A program made the translations under genes and the position numbers. DNA of 64,000 bases. Source: Candidatus Bathyarchaeia archaeon. GTDB taxonomy: Archaea; Thermoproteota; Bathyarchaeia; Bathyarchaeales; Bathycorpusculaceae. Position 1 is the stretch's first letter. Each line of letters begins with the position of its first letter. Of the stretch, positions 29,566 through 39,733 are shown piece by piece. The notes under the pieces are model-generated. The model saw only the letters and a program-made list of their open reading frames with translations, made no database searches and was not told the origin of the DNA. Location of the stretch: positions 1 to 64,000 of the forward strand of contig JBEKHN010000012.1 in the NCBI GenBank assembly GCA_050012255.1, in the 5' to 3' direction.

Positions 29566-30858
29566 CTACACCTCCAAGACTACAGCTCCTGCTTGACATC
29601 CTGTGCCTCCGTGTCCATGAATGAACGCTTTCTTCGGCTTGCTGAGCTGCCTATTAGGCGCGCCCCACTTCTTACCGATCTGGTTGCTCAGCTGCCAGTA
29701 ACTGTCTACGACTTGGGCAATTGATGTTGAACCAACAGCGTGGCCCTGAGCGGTTAGGGCGCCACTAAGTTGACATGGAAGCTCCCCTTGGGCCTGAATT
29801 ACACCGTCTCTCACTAGCTTCTTTCCTTCGCCCCGCTTGCAGAAGTCGAAGTCTTCAAGCCCCGCGAGAACGACGCCTGCATACGGGTCGAAGATTTCAA
29901 CGAAGCTGATTTCTTTTCGCGGGTTTTTGATTCCAGCGTCCTTGTAGGCCATTCTGGCGGACACTCTTAATGAGCCGAAGTTCAACAAATCAGGGTATGG
30001 TGACATCGGCTTAGGAATCCCCTCAGGCCATACCTTTTCATCCTGCGGGTACAAGCCTTTCCAAGCCGGGTTGTCTGGACGGTCTCCAGCCCTCATCGTG
30101 TCGGAGCCGAAGCCTACACCGCTTATCCAGACAGGGTTGTCGGTTAGCTTCTTTGTCATCGCTTCATTTGCTAGGAGCAAGGCTGAGGCTCCTTCACTTG
30201 TCATCGCACATTCATAGAGCCTGTAAGGCCATGAGATCAGTCGAGACTTGTACACGTCTTCGACTGTTATCCTGCTGAAGCCATGCTGAGCTGGCCACTG
30301 AGCGTACGGATTTTCAAGCGAGTTGTTGTGGCACATTGCTGAAACTTCAGCCAAGTCTTCCTCGGTGTCTCCGTACACGTGCATTCGACGGGCCTCCATC
30401 GTTGCATAGAAAGCGTTGTAGGTGAAACCTGAAACAAAGTCCCAGTCGGTGTCTCCAGCAATGGCTATGGCTTCGTTGACCTTCTGGATGGGCAACTCGT
30501 TCATTTTTTCCCATCCAACCACGAGGACAGCTGGGAACATGCCTGAACGTATCCACAAAGCTGCGTTCACTACTGCGTCGATCGGCGTTGCACCGCCTGA
30601 TTCAACACGGTAACTGGGCACGCCTGACAAGCCCAAGTAGTCGTTTATTATCCAGTGCATACACTGCTGCTGCTCCAAGATGTCGCTGAAGTAGGAGTAG
30701 CAACAAGCGTAGCCCTTCCTGAGAAAGTCTCCAAGCTCAAGTTCTGGAATGTCATCAAGTATCATCTTGACAGCTTCAGCGCACATTTCTTCCTGCAAGG
30801 TGTGTCTGGGGTTGTCAAACCTTGAAATGCTTCCAGCGACTATTCCGACTTTCTTCAA
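29566..30858 (-). CDS. Thiolase-fold protein lacking the catalytic Cys
   Basis: ESGGATP in place of E.ACAS, EIFDPY in place of EVHDCF, and GHAVGST retained. Confidence 0.85.
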   Translation of the reverse strand: MKKVGIVAGSISRFDNPRHTLQEEMCAEAVKMILDDIPELELGDFLRKGYACCYSYFSDILEQQQCMHWIINDYLGLSGVPSYRVESGGATPIDAVVNAALWIRSGMFPAVLVVGWEKMNELPIQKVNEAIAIAGDTDWDFVSGFTYNAFYATMEARRMHVYGDTEEDLAEVSAMCHNNSLENPYAQWPAQHGFSRITVEDVYKSRLISWPYRLYECAMTSEGASALLLANEAMTKKLTDNPVWISGVGFGSDTMRAGDRPDNPAWKGLYPQDEKVWPEGIPKPMSPYPDLLNFGSLRVSARMAYKDAGIKNPRKEISFVEIFDPYAGVVLAGLEDFDFCKRGEGKKLVRDGVIQAQGELPCQLSGALTAQGHAVGSTSIAQVVDSYWQLSNQIGKKWGAPNRQLSKPKKAFIHGHGGTGCQAGAVVLEV

Positions 30859-31004
30859 CCTTCCACCTCAAGTTTAAAAGAGATAGTTAGTGGATTTCAT
30901 CAACTATAAGATTTTTGCGGAGACCGCAAACAACAACTGATGTCAGTCGCGGATTGAAAGCCTTTGCAGAATCTTTTTATAATTTTCACGTCACCCTTAC
31001 TGAC

Positions 31005-32117
31005 ATGCACATATTACTGCAATGCTCAGCATTGCCAGAAGACAACTACGGAACCGAAGAACTAATAGGTACTTTTCCATGCAAGCTCCCTGAAGGCGTC
31101 AGGCAGAATATTCTCAACTTGGGAGTTTCAAGACGATCGTTCATTGAACGAGTGTCTATAGGTTCAAAATCGGAAAAAGTCCTCAGCGAAGCTGGTCTCG
31201 TTGACCTATGCGTTGATGCGTGTAGGAGCGTAATCAAGAAGACTGGCATTCCAATCAAAAAAGTAGGCTACTTTGTTGCAGCTTATGATGTGAACCCGAT
31301 CCTAAGCCCGGGTCTCAGCCAACTCTTGGTCAGGAAAATCGGTTTCGACCCATACGTCAAGCATGTTAACGCTCAGGGAATCGCCAGCACAGCCTTTCCT
31401 AAGGCCCTGCAATTGGCAGAAGACCACTTGGCAACACATCCCAAGGATAACGTTTTGATCTGTGTCTCCGGAGTCAGCTCATACTGGTTCCAGAATCAGG
31501 TACGTGGCATGAAGGACGTCATGGAAATAAGCCGAATCAACGGGTTCAATGATGAGGGGAAACGGCAGATGGAGCTGAGGAAGTGGATTGCAACGATGGA
31601 GTATTTTCTTTTCGGAGATGGAGCAGCTGCTGCTATCGTAGCAAATGAAGGGGAAGGGTTGGCCGTTAAGAAGACAGTTGAAGTGACAAACGTAGGAGAG
31701 GAGGACTATCTGGCAGGTTACGCTAGACTCGCAAGCTTGCCAGAACCTTTCAAGTTCGGCTTCCACTCACACTTGGACAAGGAGATTCCAAAACTGGGAG
31801 TCAAGTACACAGGTGTGGCTCTGAAGAAACTGCTTGGGAAGAACGCTGAGAACACGATTAGGATCTCTAAGAAGTGGGCAGTTCACACAGGTAGCCAAAA
31901 GATACTGGACGCTTTGGCTAAGCACCACGGACTTGAACGTGAGAAGCTGGAGGAATCGCGTGAAGTACTCAGAATGCACGGCAACCTGTCTGGGGCAAGC
32001 TTGCCATTCATCCTTGAAAGAATAGTCTCCACGCGTAGGCTTTCGAAAGGTGACATCGTTCTGATGCTAGGCTACGGATGGGGATTTTCAGCCGCTGCCT
32101 CTCTGTTAGAAGCTTAA
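31005..32117 (+). CDS. Type III polyketide synthase/FabH-like ketosynthase-fold protein
   Basis: LFGDGAAA, WAVHTGS.KIL, GNLSGAS.PF.L and GYGWGF motifs. Ser occupies the nucleophile position (QGIAST). Confidence 0.85.
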   Translation: MHILLQCSALPEDNYGTEELIGTFPCKLPEGVRQNILNLGVSRRSFIERVSIGSKSEKVLSEAGLVDLCVDACRSVIKKTGIPIKKVGYFVAAYDVNPILSPGLSQLLVRKIGFDPYVKHVNAQGIASTAFPKALQLAEDHLATHPKDNVLICVSGVSSYWFQNQVRGMKDVMEISRINGFNDEGKRQMELRKWIATMEYFLFGDGAAAAIVANEGEGLAVKKTVEVTNVGEEDYLAGYARLASLPEPFKFGFHSHLDKEIPKLGVKYTGVALKKLLGKNAENTIRISKKWAVHTGSQKILDALAKHHGLEREKLEESREVLRMHGNLSGASLPFILERIVSTRRLSKGDIVLMLGYGWGFSAAASLLEA

Positions 32118-32735
32118 GAACTGCCGAGTCGGTGTGCGCCGAAAGGGAGCTTCAGCGAACACTGCCCCCTTTGATCATTTCTTGTCGCCATGACCCTTCT
32201 CTTTCAAGCGATTCCTACCACTGGCCGGTGTGGAAAGTAAACTAGGCATAATGAAGTAATACGCCAGCAATGCGGAATAATCGAGAAAATAAAGTCATTC
32301 CTAAAATATAACTCCATCAAAAAGTGGCCTTATGTAGATTGAGTATAGTCTAACGATAGTTTCATCATTAGTATATGGTAATTATACTGCATGGTTAGTC
32401 TATGGACTCCCCCCCTATCTGCACCCTAGTCAATGGTCTATACCCTAGCGTCCCCAATTGAGTATGTAAGTTGAGTGGTTGTCATTCTATGGCCTTAGAT
32501 CACGTAAAGAAAATAATAGACTTACCGCTTTGAGCAATTCTGCATTTCTCTCGAAACTAACTTTGTGCTTTGTCACGGGGAGCTTCATTCTTAATACTAC
32601 CTACGTCTTTCTTATTCTTCATCGTTTAGAGTGAATGTTTTTCGGTTTTTTAATCAGTTGATTAACTACCCTTCCGCTCATATTCCTCTTTCAGCTTGAC
32701 TAGAGCTTTTTGACATATCTTAAAACTCAAGAGGT

Positions 32736-33209
32736 TCAGATAAGAAAACGTTCGCAATAATCTCTTATCTGGTTCATTTGAGAAACAAGATTAATCAAAT
32801 CACCAATCATGCTACGTGTGGTTTTTTTTCTGAGTTGTGCCATAGGGAACATTTTCTTCATAGCTTCATCTGTTAGGTCTAAGCTTTTTTGAAAGTCATA
32901 GATTATAGACGTATATGTCTGTTCAAAAGATTCTATAGTTTTCAACATTTCCTCTGTAACAAGGTCTTCGGCTACTTCAGGTCGCCTAATTATAGGGTCT
33001 GCTGTAGATAGAATTTCTCCTATGAACGTATTAATACGCTTGCAAATTGACATAACTGCTGAACGCTTTCGTAGTTTCTCAGTATCTTCTATCTGTTTAT
33101 GAGCTTCCTTTACCTTGGCTACCATAAGGCTCCGTTCAAGCTCTGCTTGCTGTTTCTCTTTTTCTTCAAGACGTTTATCTTTGCTCTTAGAGCCTTCTTT
33201 TTCACTCAT
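32736..33209 (-). CDS. Hypothetical helical protein
   Basis: 157 aa, AT-rich codons, no recognised motif. Confidence 0.7.
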   Translation of the reverse strand: MSEKEGSKSKDKRLEEKEKQQAELERSLMVAKVKEAHKQIEDTEKLRKRSAVMSICKRINTFIGEILSTADPIIRRPEVAEDLVTEEMLKTIESFEQTYTSIIYDFQKSLDLTDEAMKKMFPMAQLRKKTTRSMIGDLINLVSQMNQIRDYCERFLI

Positions 33210-33328
33210 TTTTGAACCTCTAGTTTGTCTTCTGTTCCCGTGCTGATTTAAGATTTCTGTCTTGGTTTTACACTCTCCATAAAGTTTTCATGGAATTATT
33301 TATAAGTTGGCTAGGATAACATCAAAGG

Positions 33329-34105
33329 TTGAAGAAAATGAAAATTAGATACTTGGCATTGGTTGTTCTATGCCTTTCCTTCTATATCTCTTCTATAACA
33401 ATCATGATTCCTAAATGTTCGGCTCAACAAGCTTTTCCCACTGTGACGTATGATGAGTATGGATGGACATCCGACATGAAAAGATTCTCAATGACCACGC
33501 AAGATGTTGGATTGACTTTTGAAATCACCGTTTACAACAATAGCACTAAACCATTTGATAGTGCATCAGTGTCTCTCTATATCTACATTAACGTGGTAAA
33601 TAATGTCATGGTGAATAATGCCCCTCAGAGTATCAGCATCTATAATAAAATATTTACCTTTGACTCTACTAACGAGTTATATTTGCCACCTAGCGAGTCG
33701 TCTGTCTTTTTTGTCAAGGTGAAAAGAAGTTTCTCCGATACCCCCCTTGATATTGGAAGCTATACAGCGGACCTTTCCTATTCAAATTACCAAATTTCCT
33801 ATGGGGGTCAAGGAACACCAATGGGACAATATCCTTTCAATTTTCAAGTAGAAACCCCGCAGGTGCTTCAACAGAAAATAGATCAAAATCCTCAACCAAC
33901 AAGTCTTGGCTTTCTAGTTTTGGTATTCAGCATCATTGTAGTCCTAGCCATAGTCTTATCAGTTGTTATAACCCTTTTAATTGCTACTAAAACCAAGTTC
34001 CTTAATAAAACAAAACGGAAGGTGGAATTTTTCGGTTCTTTAGCTACCATCTTAACTGTGGTCTTTGCTGGTATAAGTTTGTACCTTCAGATAATAAGAT
34101 GGTAA
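33329..34105 (+). CDS. Hypothetical surface protein (signal peptide, Ig-like region, C-terminal TMs)
   Basis: Signal peptide and two C-terminal hydrophobic helices, AT-rich codons. Confidence 0.75.
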   Translation: MKKMKIRYLALVVLCLSFYISSITIMIPKCSAQQAFPTVTYDEYGWTSDMKRFSMTTQDVGLTFEITVYNNSTKPFDSASVSLYIYINVVNNVMVNNAPQSISIYNKIFTFDSTNELYLPPSESSVFFVKVKRSFSDTPLDIGSYTADLSYSNYQISYGGQGTPMGQYPFNFQVETPQVLQQKIDQNPQPTSLGFLVLVFSIIVVLAIVLSVVITLLIATKTKFLNKTKRKVEFFGSLATILTVVFAGISLYLQIIRW

Positions 34106-34152
34106 ACACAAGCCAAGCAACCTAGTTGATTTTCGGTTTTTTAATCAGTTGA

Positions 34153-34515
34153 TTAATTCCCGTGCCTTTGTTGTGTCTGAAACGAAACTAATCGTTTTTT
34201 TATATGTAAATGGTAATGCTTGTTGGGCACGTTTGAAGGGCCCTTTTGGAAATAGCGTCTTTCTGGAATTGAAACCTCATACTTTGGAACATATTCGTAG
34301 CCTATGGTCTCAAGCGGCCCAATGCAGTCCTGAGCATCGGAAAGACGGCGTATACCAACCATAATGTCGATGATCGGCTTAGCTCCCAAGCCTGAAACAG
34401 CCGTGCTTCCAACATGCTCTATGGCAACAACCTTCTTTCCAATAACGCCCAGAATCCTTGCCTTCTCCCTTTCAAATATGAGCGGCCATCTTGGGTCGAA
34501 GTCCACGACTTCCAC
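34153..34515 (-). pseudogene. 3'-truncated GrpB-family nucleotidyltransferase
   Basis: WP..FE.E, IEHVGSTAV.GL.AKPIIDI and HLH motifs are present. The C-terminal FRD.LR/Y..LK region is absent, with the break near 34200. Confidence 0.8.
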
Positions 34516-34523
34516 AGGGCCTT

Positions 34524-35180
34524 CTATCCCAATTCTCTCCCTCGCTTTTTTTGTTGGGGTCGACGATGACCGCTTTTGTTAAGGGTTCCTTCCATCGCTC
34601 CTGCCAGAAGTTCTCCGAGAATCTTTGCGTTGTCGAACGGGTTTAGGTCATCATCCTCTTCGATCTTGCCCTTTCCGGCCACTCCATAGTAGGGGTAACT
34701 TTTCATGATTACGGGTTTCATTTTGACAGACAGCGCAAAACCTAGAAGATATTTTAGCACGGGACGGGGATCGTCACCGCCAGAGACGGCAACCAAACCG
34801 CAAGGTTTGTCGTTCAGAGGATGCGGTTTCTTGAAGCCCTTTCTTTCATAGAAATAGGCTAAGCAAGCAAGTCTCTCCATCATCGCTGTCAATCGTGAAG
34901 GAATCTCGAAATATAGAGGTGAGCCTATCACGATTGCTTGAGAGCTTTTCATTTCTTGAAAAGTCCGCTGCAAATCATCATCTTCTATGACGCATTTGTA
35001 CGGTTCTTTTGAACACTCTTCGTAGCACCCGCGGCACGGTTCAATGTTTAGGTCTGACATCTGCAACACTTTTGTTTTGATCTGAGGGTTTGCCTTTGTT
35101 GCTGATTGGAGAACTGAATGTACCAAGTGACTGGTGCTGCCTTTCTTCCTCATGGACCCAACTATTCCTAGGATCTTCAT
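34524..35180 (-). CDS. Iron-sulfur flavoprotein / flavodoxin family protein
   Basis: MKILGIVGS.R, C.GC..C.....C and GSPLY motifs. Confidence 0.88.
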   Translation of the reverse strand: MKILGIVGSMRKKGSTSHLVHSVLQSATKANPQIKTKVLQMSDLNIEPCRGCYEECSKEPYKCVIEDDDLQRTFQEMKSSQAIVIGSPLYFEIPSRLTAMMERLACLAYFYERKGFKKPHPLNDKPCGLVAVSGGDDPRPVLKYLLGFALSVKMKPVIMKSYPYYGVAGKGKIEEDDDLNPFDNAKILGELLAGAMEGTLNKSGHRRPQQKKRGRELG

Positions 35181-35389
35181 AAGATCAACTCGTGTGTCAG
35201 TACTGATCTCTGTCGTTATCAGATAAAAACTTGTAGAGCCACTTTCGCTGGATCCATTCTTCAAAGCCTCGGAGCGAGTTTTGCGGACGTAACAAATTCC
35301 GCTTTTTTAAACCGATAAGAAAATATCTTTTTAGGCTTAATGCTGATATGTTACTTTCAAGCAATGCATAGCTTCAGCGAGGGCATGAT

Positions 35390-37078
35390 ATGACAACGTT
35401 TGATGAGAAAACCATTAACGAAATAAGAAAAGAACGGCAACGCTGGGAAAAGACAACACTGCCAAACTGGACAAAGCAATGCAAAGAGAGGAAAAACGAG
35501 TTTCGGAACACCTCTAATATGCTGATAAAAGGCTTGTACACGCCAGAAGACATCAAGTCAATGGATTACATGCGCGATCTAGGCTTTCCTAGCGAGTACC
35601 CGTTCCTTCGGGGGGTTCACGCAACCATGTACCGCGGTCAATTGTGGACGATGCGACAGTTTTCAGGATTTGGCTCAGCAGCACAGACGAACCGGCGCTT
35701 TAAGTATCTTCTCAAAGAAGGCGAAACTGGTTTGAGCATCGCTTTTGATTATCCAACGATAATGGGCTACGATTCAGACCATCCGATGGCGCAGGGCGAG
35801 GTCGGGATATGCGGAGTGTCCATCACATCGTTGAAAGACATGGAAGTGCTGCTCGACGGAATTCCTCTTGACAAAGTCACAACGTCGATGACGATAAACG
35901 GGCCTGCAGGCATGCTGCTAGCCATGTACGTCGCAGTAGGCGACCAGCAGGGTGTGCCCAGAGAAAGGCTCGGTGGAACCACGCAGAACGATAACTTGAA
36001 GGAGTATTTTGCTCAGAAACTCTGCATCTATCCGCCGAAGCCTGCACTGAAACTGACAACGGACATAATAGAGTACTGCGCGAGACACTTGCCGAAGTGG
36101 AACCCTGTAAGCATAAGCGGCTACCACATCAGAGAAGCCGGCGCAAACGCTGTGCAAGAGTTAGCCTTTACGATTTATGATGGAATAAGCTATGTTGAAT
36201 CCACGATGGAAAGAGGTCTCAAGGTCGACGATTTTGCCCATAGACTTTCATTCTTTTTTGCGTCCCACAACGATTTCTTCGAGGAAGTAGCCAAATTCAG
36301 GGCTGCCAGAAGAATATGGGCAAAGCTGATGAAAGAACGGTTCCACGCCAAGAACCCAAGGTCCATGTGGATGCGAATGCATGTCCAAACCTCGGGTTGC
36401 ACACTCACAGCACAGCAGCCTTTGAACAACATCACACGCACTACGATTCAAGCATTGGCAGCCGTTTTGGGTGGAACGCAGTCGTTGCACACGAACTCTT
36501 TTGATGAAGCCTTGGCGCTGCCGAGCGAAAAAGCCGTGAGAGTTGCACTGAGAACACAGCAGATAATTGCCTACGAGAGCTGCGCCCCCAATACCATAGA
36601 CCCTTTGGCAGGCTCATACTACGTAGAAGCCTTAACCAACGAAATGGAAGAAAAGGCGATGGACTACATACGGAAGGTGGACGAAATGGGAGGAGCCATC
36701 GTAGCCATAGAGAAAGGATTCTTCCAGAAAGAAATTGCCGACAGCGCTTACAAGTACCAGAGAGAGATAGACGAAATGAAACGCATAATAGTCGGCACAA
36801 ACGACTTCACCATCGAAAAGGAAGAAATTCCCATAGAGCTCTTGAGGGTAGATCCTAAGGTCGAGAAGGAACAAGTTCTCAGTCTCCAAAAGCTAAGGCG
36901 GGAGAGAGATAAGAGAAAAGTTGAAGAAACCCTCGGAAAACTCCGTCGATGCGCAGAAAAAAATGAGAACCTCATGCCCGTTATAATAGAGGCAGTAAAA
37001 TCCTATGCGACGATGGGCGAGATCTGCGAAGTGTTACGTCAGGTTTACGGAGAATACAAAGAGTTGATCATAATCTAA
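35390..37078 (+). CDS. B12-dependent acyl-CoA mutase large subunit (isobutyryl-CoA mutase-type residues)
   Basis: [26 protein letters not shown] and [14 protein letters not shown] motifs. Confidence 0.93.
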   Translation: MTTFDEKTINEIRKERQRWEKTTLPNWTKQCKERKNEFRNTSNMLIKGLYTPEDIKSMDYMRDLGFPSEYPFLRGVHATMYRGQLWTMRQFSGFGSAAQTNRRFKYLLKEGETGLSIAFDYPTIMGYDSDHPMAQGEVGICGVSITSLKDMEVLLDGIPLDKVTTSMTINGPAGMLLAMYVAVGDQQGVPRERLGGTTQNDNLKEYFAQKLCIYPPKPALKLTTDIIEYCARHLPKWNPVSISGYHIREAGANAVQELAFTIYDGISYVESTMERGLKVDDFAHRLSFFFASHNDFFEEVAKFRAARRIWAKLMKERFHAKNPRSMWMRMHVQTSGCTLTAQQPLNNITRTTIQALAAVLGGTQSLHTNSFDEALALPSEKAVRVALRTQQIIAYESCAPNTIDPLAGSYYVEALTNEMEEKAMDYIRKVDEMGGAIVAIEKGFFQKEIADSAYKYQREIDEMKRIIVGTNDFTIEKEEIPIELLRVDPKVEKEQVLSLQKLRRERDKRKVEETLGKLRRCAEKNENLMPVIIEAVKSYATMGEICEVLRQVYGEYKELIII

Positions 37079-37091
37079 AGAGGGAAACAGC

Positions 37092-37499
37092 ATGCGAAAA
37101 GATAGAAAAATCAGAGTGTTAATTGCAAAGCCTGGTCTAGACAGCCACGACAGAGGAGCAAAGGTCGTTGCCAGGGCCCTAAGAGACGCTGGGATGGAAG
37201 TCATCTACACTGGTCTAAGACAGACCCCCCAACAGATAGTCGAAACCGCCCTTCAGGAGGACGTTGACGTCATAGGCTTAAGCATCCTTTCAGGAGCCCA
37301 CAAGACCCTTTTCCCGAGAATAATGCGGCTTCTCAGAGAACAAGACCTCACAGACGTGATGGTTTTCGCCGGAGGCATAATCCCTGAGGAAGACGTAGTT
37401 AAAATGAAAAAGCTGGGAATAAAAGAAATCTTCGGACCTGGAACCACAACAGAAACGATAATACGCTACGTTTTGGACAACCTTCCAAGAAGAAGCTAA
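37092..37499 (+). CDS. Acyl-CoA mutase cobalamin-binding small subunit
   Basis: [10 protein letters not shown] (DxHxxG) and SILSGAH motifs. Confidence 0.95.
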   Translation: MRKDRKIRVLIAKPGLDSHDRGAKVVARALRDAGMEVIYTGLRQTPQQIVETALQEDVDVIGLSILSGAHKTLFPRIMRLLREQDLTDVMVFAGGIIPEEDVVKMKKLGIKEIFGPGTTTETIIRYVLDNLPRRS

Positions 37500-37520
37500 G
37501 AGTCAAGATGTGCGAGTGCA

Positions 37521-38486
37521 TTGACGAAAACGGAAGAATTGGCCAAAGGCGTTCTTGCTGGAAACCGCAGGAGCGTAGCGAGGGCTATAACCACTATCGA
37601 AAACAACGACCCTGAAGCTCAGGAACTGATTGCCAGAATCTACGCCCACACGGGAAAAGCTCACATTATAGGCTTAACGGGCGCTGGCGGCGCTGGAAAG
37701 AGCACTCTTATTGAAAAGATCGTCAAGGAATACAGGCGACGGGGGAGGACAGTGGGTGTAGTCGCCGTGGACCCTACAAGCCCGTTCACGGGCGGGGCAT
37801 TCTTGGGTGACAGGATTCGCATGCAAGAACTCTGCACCGACGAGGGCGTCTTCATACGTAGCATGGCAACCCGGAACTATGCAGGAGGAATAGCAAGGGC
37901 AACGAAAGACGCTGTGAAAGTCCTTGACGCCGCTGGAAAAGACGTGGTAATAGTCGAGACTGTCGGTGCAGGTCAATCTGAAGTCGAGATTATCAAGGTT
38001 GCACAGACAATAGTCGTCGTCCACGCCCCAGGGCTAGGAGACGAGATACAGGCGATAAAAGCCGGTGTGATGGAGATAGCCGACATTTTCGTCGTAAACA
38101 AAGCTGACCGTGAGAACGCGAATAAGGCTGTAATTGACATCCAGTCAAACTTGCAGATGAACAACAAGGAAATTCCGTGGAAACCGCCTGTTCTGAAAAC
38201 CATAGCCTTGACCGGCGAGGGTATTCTGGAGCTGGTCGACAAAATTGAAGAACACAGATGTTTCCTTGAGGGCGACCTTGAGTGCAGAAGGGTCTCATTA
38301 AGAACTAAAGCCGAGGCGGAACTCATTGACGCCATCAGAGAAAGAGTGACAGGTTCTCTGATTGAAAAGTTGAAGAAGGAAGGAAAGTTTGACGCGCTCG
38401 TCCACGAAATCATGGAAAAGAAGACAGACCCAACGTCTGCCGCTGAAAAACTTCTCAAGAAGGCTGTGCACGATGCCGAAGCTTGA
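37521..38486 (+). CDS. meaB: Mutase-associated GTPase chaperone MeaB
   Basis: GAGKST, AVDPTSP..GG.LGDRIRM, ETVG.GQSE and NKAD motifs. Confidence 0.93.
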   Translation: MTKTEELAKGVLAGNRRSVARAITTIENNDPEAQELIARIYAHTGKAHIIGLTGAGGAGKSTLIEKIVKEYRRRGRTVGVVAVDPTSPFTGGAFLGDRIRMQELCTDEGVFIRSMATRNYAGGIARATKDAVKVLDAAGKDVVIVETVGAGQSEVEIIKVAQTIVVVHAPGLGDEIQAIKAGVMEIADIFVVNKADRENANKAVIDIQSNLQMNNKEIPWKPPVLKTIALTGEGILELVDKIEEHRCFLEGDLECRRVSLRTKAEAELIDAIRERVTGSLIEKLKKEGKFDALVHEIMEKKTDPTSAAEKLLKKAVHDAEA

Positions 38487-39003
38487 AAAAGGATTGGTTC
38501 AAGTTTACACGGGGAACGGAAAAGGAAAGACTACGGCAGCTTTTGGACTTGCGCTCAGAGCGATAGGGAGAGGACTGAGAGTCTGCATAATCCAGTTTAT
38601 CAAAGGCGGGTTCGACTACGGAGAACTGTACGTAATAGACAGGCTTCCGGGCCTCAAGCTGAAAGCCTATGGCAGAGGCAAATTCGTTGACGGAAAGAAG
38701 CCTGACAAGACGGACGTGGATCTAGCGGAGGAAGCCCTAGCGACGGCTGAAAAAGCAATCAAGGACGGCGAATGCGACATAGTCATACTAGACGAAATCA
38801 ACGTGGCTCTAAGCCTCAAGCTGATAAAGACCGAGAATGTCCTAAACCTGATCAAGAAGAAACCTGCACAAGTCGAGCTGGTGTTAACTGGACGGAACGC
38901 ACCAAGCGAAATCGTTGAAGCAGCCGATTTAGTCACAGAAATGGTAGAGGTCAAACACCCGTACAGCAAGGGTTTTCATGCTCGAAAGGGAATCGAGTAC
39001 TAG
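38473..39003 (+). CDS. cobO: Cob(I)alamin adenosyltransferase (CobA/BtuR type)
   Basis: YTGNGKGKTTAAFG, QFIKG, LDEI, LTGR and KHPY...A..GIEY motifs. Confidence 0.93.
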   Translation: MPKLEKGLVQVYTGNGKGKTTAAFGLALRAIGRGLRVCIIQFIKGGFDYGELYVIDRLPGLKLKAYGRGKFVDGKKPDKTDVDLAEEALATAEKAIKDGECDIVILDEINVALSLKLIKTENVLNLIKKKPAQVELVLTGRNAPSEIVEAADLVTEMVEVKHPYSKGFHARKGIEY

Positions 39004-39037
39004 GCCCCCAAGAGAGCACTGGAGGAGTTGACCTGCC

Positions 39038-39733
39038 CTACTTCTCTTCTTTCAATGCGAGAGGGTATATTTCCTTAGCCACGTACTCCAAGTATGGCTC
39101 CTTCTCTGTCAAATTGAATATGGTCACGGATGCGTCTCGAGTTATGCCCACGACATAGCCATGCTCCCTTGACCTTGCAACTACGTACCACAGGTCACCA
39201 TGCTTGCCATAGTCCTCGAAAAGAGAAGTGTTTGTGAGGTCCGGCCCGTACAGAGACAGTTTGTCGATGTTTGGAATATCCACGTTGTCAAAGAATGTTA
39301 TCTTTGTGTCCTCAGGGTTCTTTAAGTGAAACTCTTTCAATGTTTCAGGAGAGATTCTAGCCTCCAGTACCCCACCTGCTTTTTCAAACAGTACTTCACT
39401 AAGCTTGTTTGCTATGAAATTGGCAACACGCTTCTTTTCAACTATGGTCAAGAACGTAGTACCTTCGCGTTCAGCGAAGCTAAACATTGCCTCAACTGTT
39501 CGAGGGGTAGGCAAGATCTTGCCCCTGTGGAAAACCTGAGTGACATAGTCGTGAGAATAGATGCCTCTCAACATGTTTTCCTTAGGAAGGAGACCAGTGA
39601 CCTCGGTTATGAGCGCAAGTTTGTAGTCTCCCTCTTCATAAGCCTCTTCAGTGCGATACCCTTCAAGTCTTGAAGCGATGTCCGCCACGGCAAGAGGCTC
39701 AGTCAGTTTGAAAACCTTACCAGCAACAACCAT
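39038..39733 (-). CDS. Archaeal hypothetical protein
   Basis: 231-aa ORF with host-like codon usage. It would be divergent from the SMC operon at the empty insertion site. Confidence 0.75.
   Translation of the reverse strand: MVVAGKVFKLTEPLAVADIASRLEGYRTEEAYEEGDYKLALITEVTGLLPKENMLRGIYSHDYVTQVFHRGKILPTPRTVEAMFSFAEREGTTFLTIVEKKRVANFIANKLSEVLFEKAGGVLEARISPETLKEFHLKNPEDTKITFFDNVDIPNIDKLSLYGPDLTNTSLFEDYGKHGDLWYVVARSREHGYVVGITRDASVTIFNLTEKEPYLEYVAKEIYPLALKEEK

Larger units (their letters stand above)
32639..34156. mobile_element. Low-GC two-gene cassette bounded by 27-bp direct repeats
   Basis: TTTTCGGTTTTTTAATCAGTTGATTAA at 32639-32665 and 34130-34156, AT-rich interior, and a truncated neighbouring gene. 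Confidence 0.65.
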
